Source: a virus | Lineage: Duplodnaviria; Caudoviricetes | Virus record (IMG/VR): IMGVR_UViG_3300023246_000243 | Span: 1 to 28,000 of that record | Direction: 5' to 3' (one strand) | Length of the DNA stretch: 28,000 bases | In this document: positions 26,163 through 28,000 of the stretch, piece by piece | Numbering within the stretch: the stretch's first letter is position 1 | Layout of the letters: the number at the start of each line of letters is the position of its first letter | The notes under the pieces: generated by a model | The model's database searches: none | What the model saw: the letters and a program-made list of their open reading frames with translations, nothing else | What the model was told of the DNA's origin: nothing | Made by a program: the position numbers and the translations under genes

Positions 26163-26864
26163 TCATTTTCCATTCACCAATCTATTGGCCATCTTATAAG
26201 AATCAAAAGTGCCGGCGTCTGTCCAATATCCATTTAAAACAAAATGACTTAAAGCACATTCTTTTAAATATTTTAAATTAACATCAGTGATTTCCAACTC
26301 ACCTCTATCACTTGGCTCAAGTTCTTTAGTAAAACCAAACACCCTTGAATCATAAATATAAGCCCCGGTTATTGCTAGGCTACCTTTAGGGATTTTAGGC
26401 TTTTCTTCGATTGAAATTATTCTGCCTTCTTTTACTTCTGCAATCCCAAATCGTTCCGGGTCCGGCACTTCCTTTAAGAAAATATAAGCACCGTTTTTAT
26501 AATTGTTAATGAAAGGAGTTAGTGAATCCTCAAAGATATTATCGCCAAGTAAGACAACCACCGGCTCACCACTTGCGAAATCCTCGGCCAGTTGTAATGC
26601 TTGAGCAATTCCACCGGCTTCGTCTTGCACTTTATAGGTAAACCTACAACCAAAGCCGCGGCCGCTTCCAAGCAAGCTAAACATCTTTCCCATATGTTCC
26701 ACGCCAGTTATAATTAAAACATCCTCAATTCCAGCCTCGATCAACTGATTGATTGGATAATAAATCATTGGGAATGCACCAACCGGAAGCAAATGTTTAT
26801 TCGTTACCTTCGTCAACGGGCGAAGCCTTGATCCTGAACCGCCGGCCAAAATTATGCCTTTCAT
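26163..26864 (-). CDS. rmlA: Glucose-1-phosphate thymidylyltransferase (RmlA/RfbA-like, short SpsI-type form)
   Basis: GIILAGGSGSRLRPLT..NKHLLPV, LGDNIF, EEKP, RGELEITD and WTDAGT motifs. Confidence 0.93.
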   Translation of the reverse strand: MKGIILAGGSGSRLRPLTKVTNKHLLPVGAFPMIYYPINQLIEAGIEDVLIITGVEHMGKMFSLLGSGRGFGCRFTYKVQDEAGGIAQALQLAEDFASGEPVVVLLGDNIFEDSLTPFINNYKNGAYIFLKEVPDPERFGIAEVKEGRIISIEEKPKIPKGSLAITGAYIYDSRVFGFTKELEPSDRGELEITDVNLKYLKECALSHFVLNGYWTDAGTFDSYKMANRLVNGK

Positions 26865-26877
26865 TCTTTATCCTCCC

Positions 26878-26919
26878 ATATGTATAGAACATGTATAACT
26901 ATACATATTTTATACATAT
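26878..26919. repeat. 42-bp imperfect palindrome of four ATGTATA units (putative operator or hairpin)
   Basis: atatgtatagaacatgtataactatacatattttatacatat matches its reverse complement at 36 of 42 positions and abuts the rmlA RBS. Confidence 0.8.
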
Positions 26920-27152
26920 TAATAATAATTATTACTCGGTGTTATTCTGTAGGCTTCCTTCTCTGGCCAAGGATAACACTTAATCCCTAACTTCTTCGCC
27001 TTCTTCCTGGCGTATTCGTTGGCTACTCTAGCCTTCTTGAACCGTTTCAATAACTTTTCCTTTGTGAACTCTCTATCGTTTAGCTCCTCATACCACACAC
27101 TGCACCCACCACTATAACTACTAATATCTTGGTATACGCTAATCAGCTTCAT
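26919..27152 (-). CDS. Hypothetical protein
   Basis: ATGA overlap with the upstream gene. Confidence 0.55.
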   Translation of the reverse strand: MKLISVYQDISSYSGGCSVWYEELNDREFTKEKLLKRFKKARVANEYARKKAKKLGIKCYPWPEKEAYRITPSNNYY

Positions 27153-27391
27153 TTATTCTTTCCATAAATCTTGTCTTTATTCACTACATGGGTATATGGA
27201 ATTACATCTTTTTTCTTTTCTTTTTTAGCCAGTAGTTTAATTATCATTTTTTCTGCCTCTTCTATCACGCCAGTATCCATATTTTGATGAAGCTGTCCTT
27301 GTAAATATGCGTTTACAAAAACTCCACCTAAAATCGCATAAATTGTATCGTGGCAATATTTAAGCGGAATAATTGATTTTTTCTTTTTCAT
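27149..27391 (-). CDS. Hypothetical protein
   Basis: AGGAGG RBS, follows rusA. Confidence 0.6.
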   Translation of the reverse strand: MKKKKSIIPLKYCHDTIYAILGGVFVNAYLQGQLHQNMDTGVIEEAEKMIIKLLAKKEKKKDVIPYTHVVNKDKIYGKNK

Positions 27392-27400
27392 CTCTCCTCC

Positions 27401-27763
27401 TTAATCAGCTTCATTTATTTTGGTTACCTCACAACGAACTCTTGGGTTCTTTTTATCAATACTAGAATAACAGTGCCAATCCACTATCTGCCTATCATTC
27501 TTGATAACCCCAGCAGACTGCAAACAATCATAGATGATTCCTTGTAAGTTCACCGCATCTTTTCTATTATCCTTCTTGTAGATGTGTAGAATCACTTCTA
27601 CGGGGTCTGTGAGGCATTTCTTGGCACTTCTAGGGCAAAGTAGGGCAAATGCTTCTTTGTAATGCTTAACTGCATTATCTTGATGATAAAATCTACCACC
27701 TTTACCGACCCTGATACTGTTCTTTAAACATGGAATATCACCTTCTATTACAAAGTCTATCAT
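27401..27763 (-). CDS. rusA: RusA family Holliday junction resolvase
   Basis: IEGDIPCLKNS, RKDAVNL..IYDCLQSAGVIKNDRQIV and DKKNPRV motifs. GGAGG RBS. Confidence 0.85.
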   Translation of the reverse strand: MIDFVIEGDIPCLKNSIRVGKGGRFYHQDNAVKHYKEAFALLCPRSAKKCLTDPVEVILHIYKKDNRKDAVNLQGIIYDCLQSAGVIKNDRQIVDWHCYSSIDKKNPRVRCEVTKINEAD

Positions 27764-28000
27764 TCTTTATCCTCCAGTGCTTTTAGGATTGCTTTGGCTA
27801 AATTTAATGCCATAAGATTTGTTGAACTTTTTAGCATATGTTGAAAATAATTATAAGAATCACTTGTTCTAATAAATTTTAAAATCTCTTTTGCTAATAA
27901 ATCCTCATCAACCTCTTTCGCTAGGGAGAGGACTTTGTCTAGGGCTGAATTAAAAACTATTGACCTAAAATTTGTTCTTTCAAATGATTGACTTCTTTCA
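27760..28000 (-). CDS. 3' end of a hypothetical protein (starts beyond the window)
   Basis: Frame is open from 27999 (...LAKAILKALEDKE*). Its TGA overlaps the rusA ATG. Confidence 0.6.
   Translation of the reverse strand, partial: ERSQSFERTNFRSIVFNSALDKVLSLAKEVDEDLLAKEILKFIRTSDSYNYFQHMLKSSTNLMALNLAKAILKALEDKE

Noticed and set aside
1-28000. Stop-codon reassignment, CRISPR array, tRNA genes, DGR, integrase/att site
   Set aside because: Genes tile densely under the standard bacterial code. No repeat-spacer array, cloverleaf, reverse transcriptase or recombinase was seen, so lifestyle cannot be determined from this window.

Overview
This window is part of a tailed dsDNA bacteriophage (siphovirus-like, low GC, roughly 35% by eye). 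Almost every gene is on the minus strand. In transcription order (right to left) it has: RusA and small hypothetical genes; a nine-gene sugar-nucleotide/glycan cassette (RmlA, P-loop+methyltransferase fusion, GT2, DegT-type aminotransferase, GNAT, polysaccharide pyruvyltransferase, methyltransferase, GT2, GT4) interrupted by an antisense HNH endonuclease; a sigma70-region-4-like regulator; terminase; a portal-MuF fusion; HK97-type protease and capsid; five extra putative virion genes; neck, tail tube, tape measure and tail tip/fibre genes; and a holin/M23 lysis cassette. A ~630 bp structured non-coding region then precedes a truncated ParB-like gene. The best candidate for an undescribed system is the glycan cassette next to the head genes. 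Its enzyme set parallels the mimivirus fibril-glycan cluster and suggests virion glycosylation with a modified amino sugar. Other signals are a C4/CI-like antisense RNA architecture in the left leader, a strong motif bias (CCGG about 5x enriched; GTAC and GCWGC not seen), a 42-bp palindrome at the head of the cassette and a probably leaderless HNH gene. No integrase, tRNA, rRNA or CRISPR array was seen. All product calls come from motif recognition by eye, not database searches.
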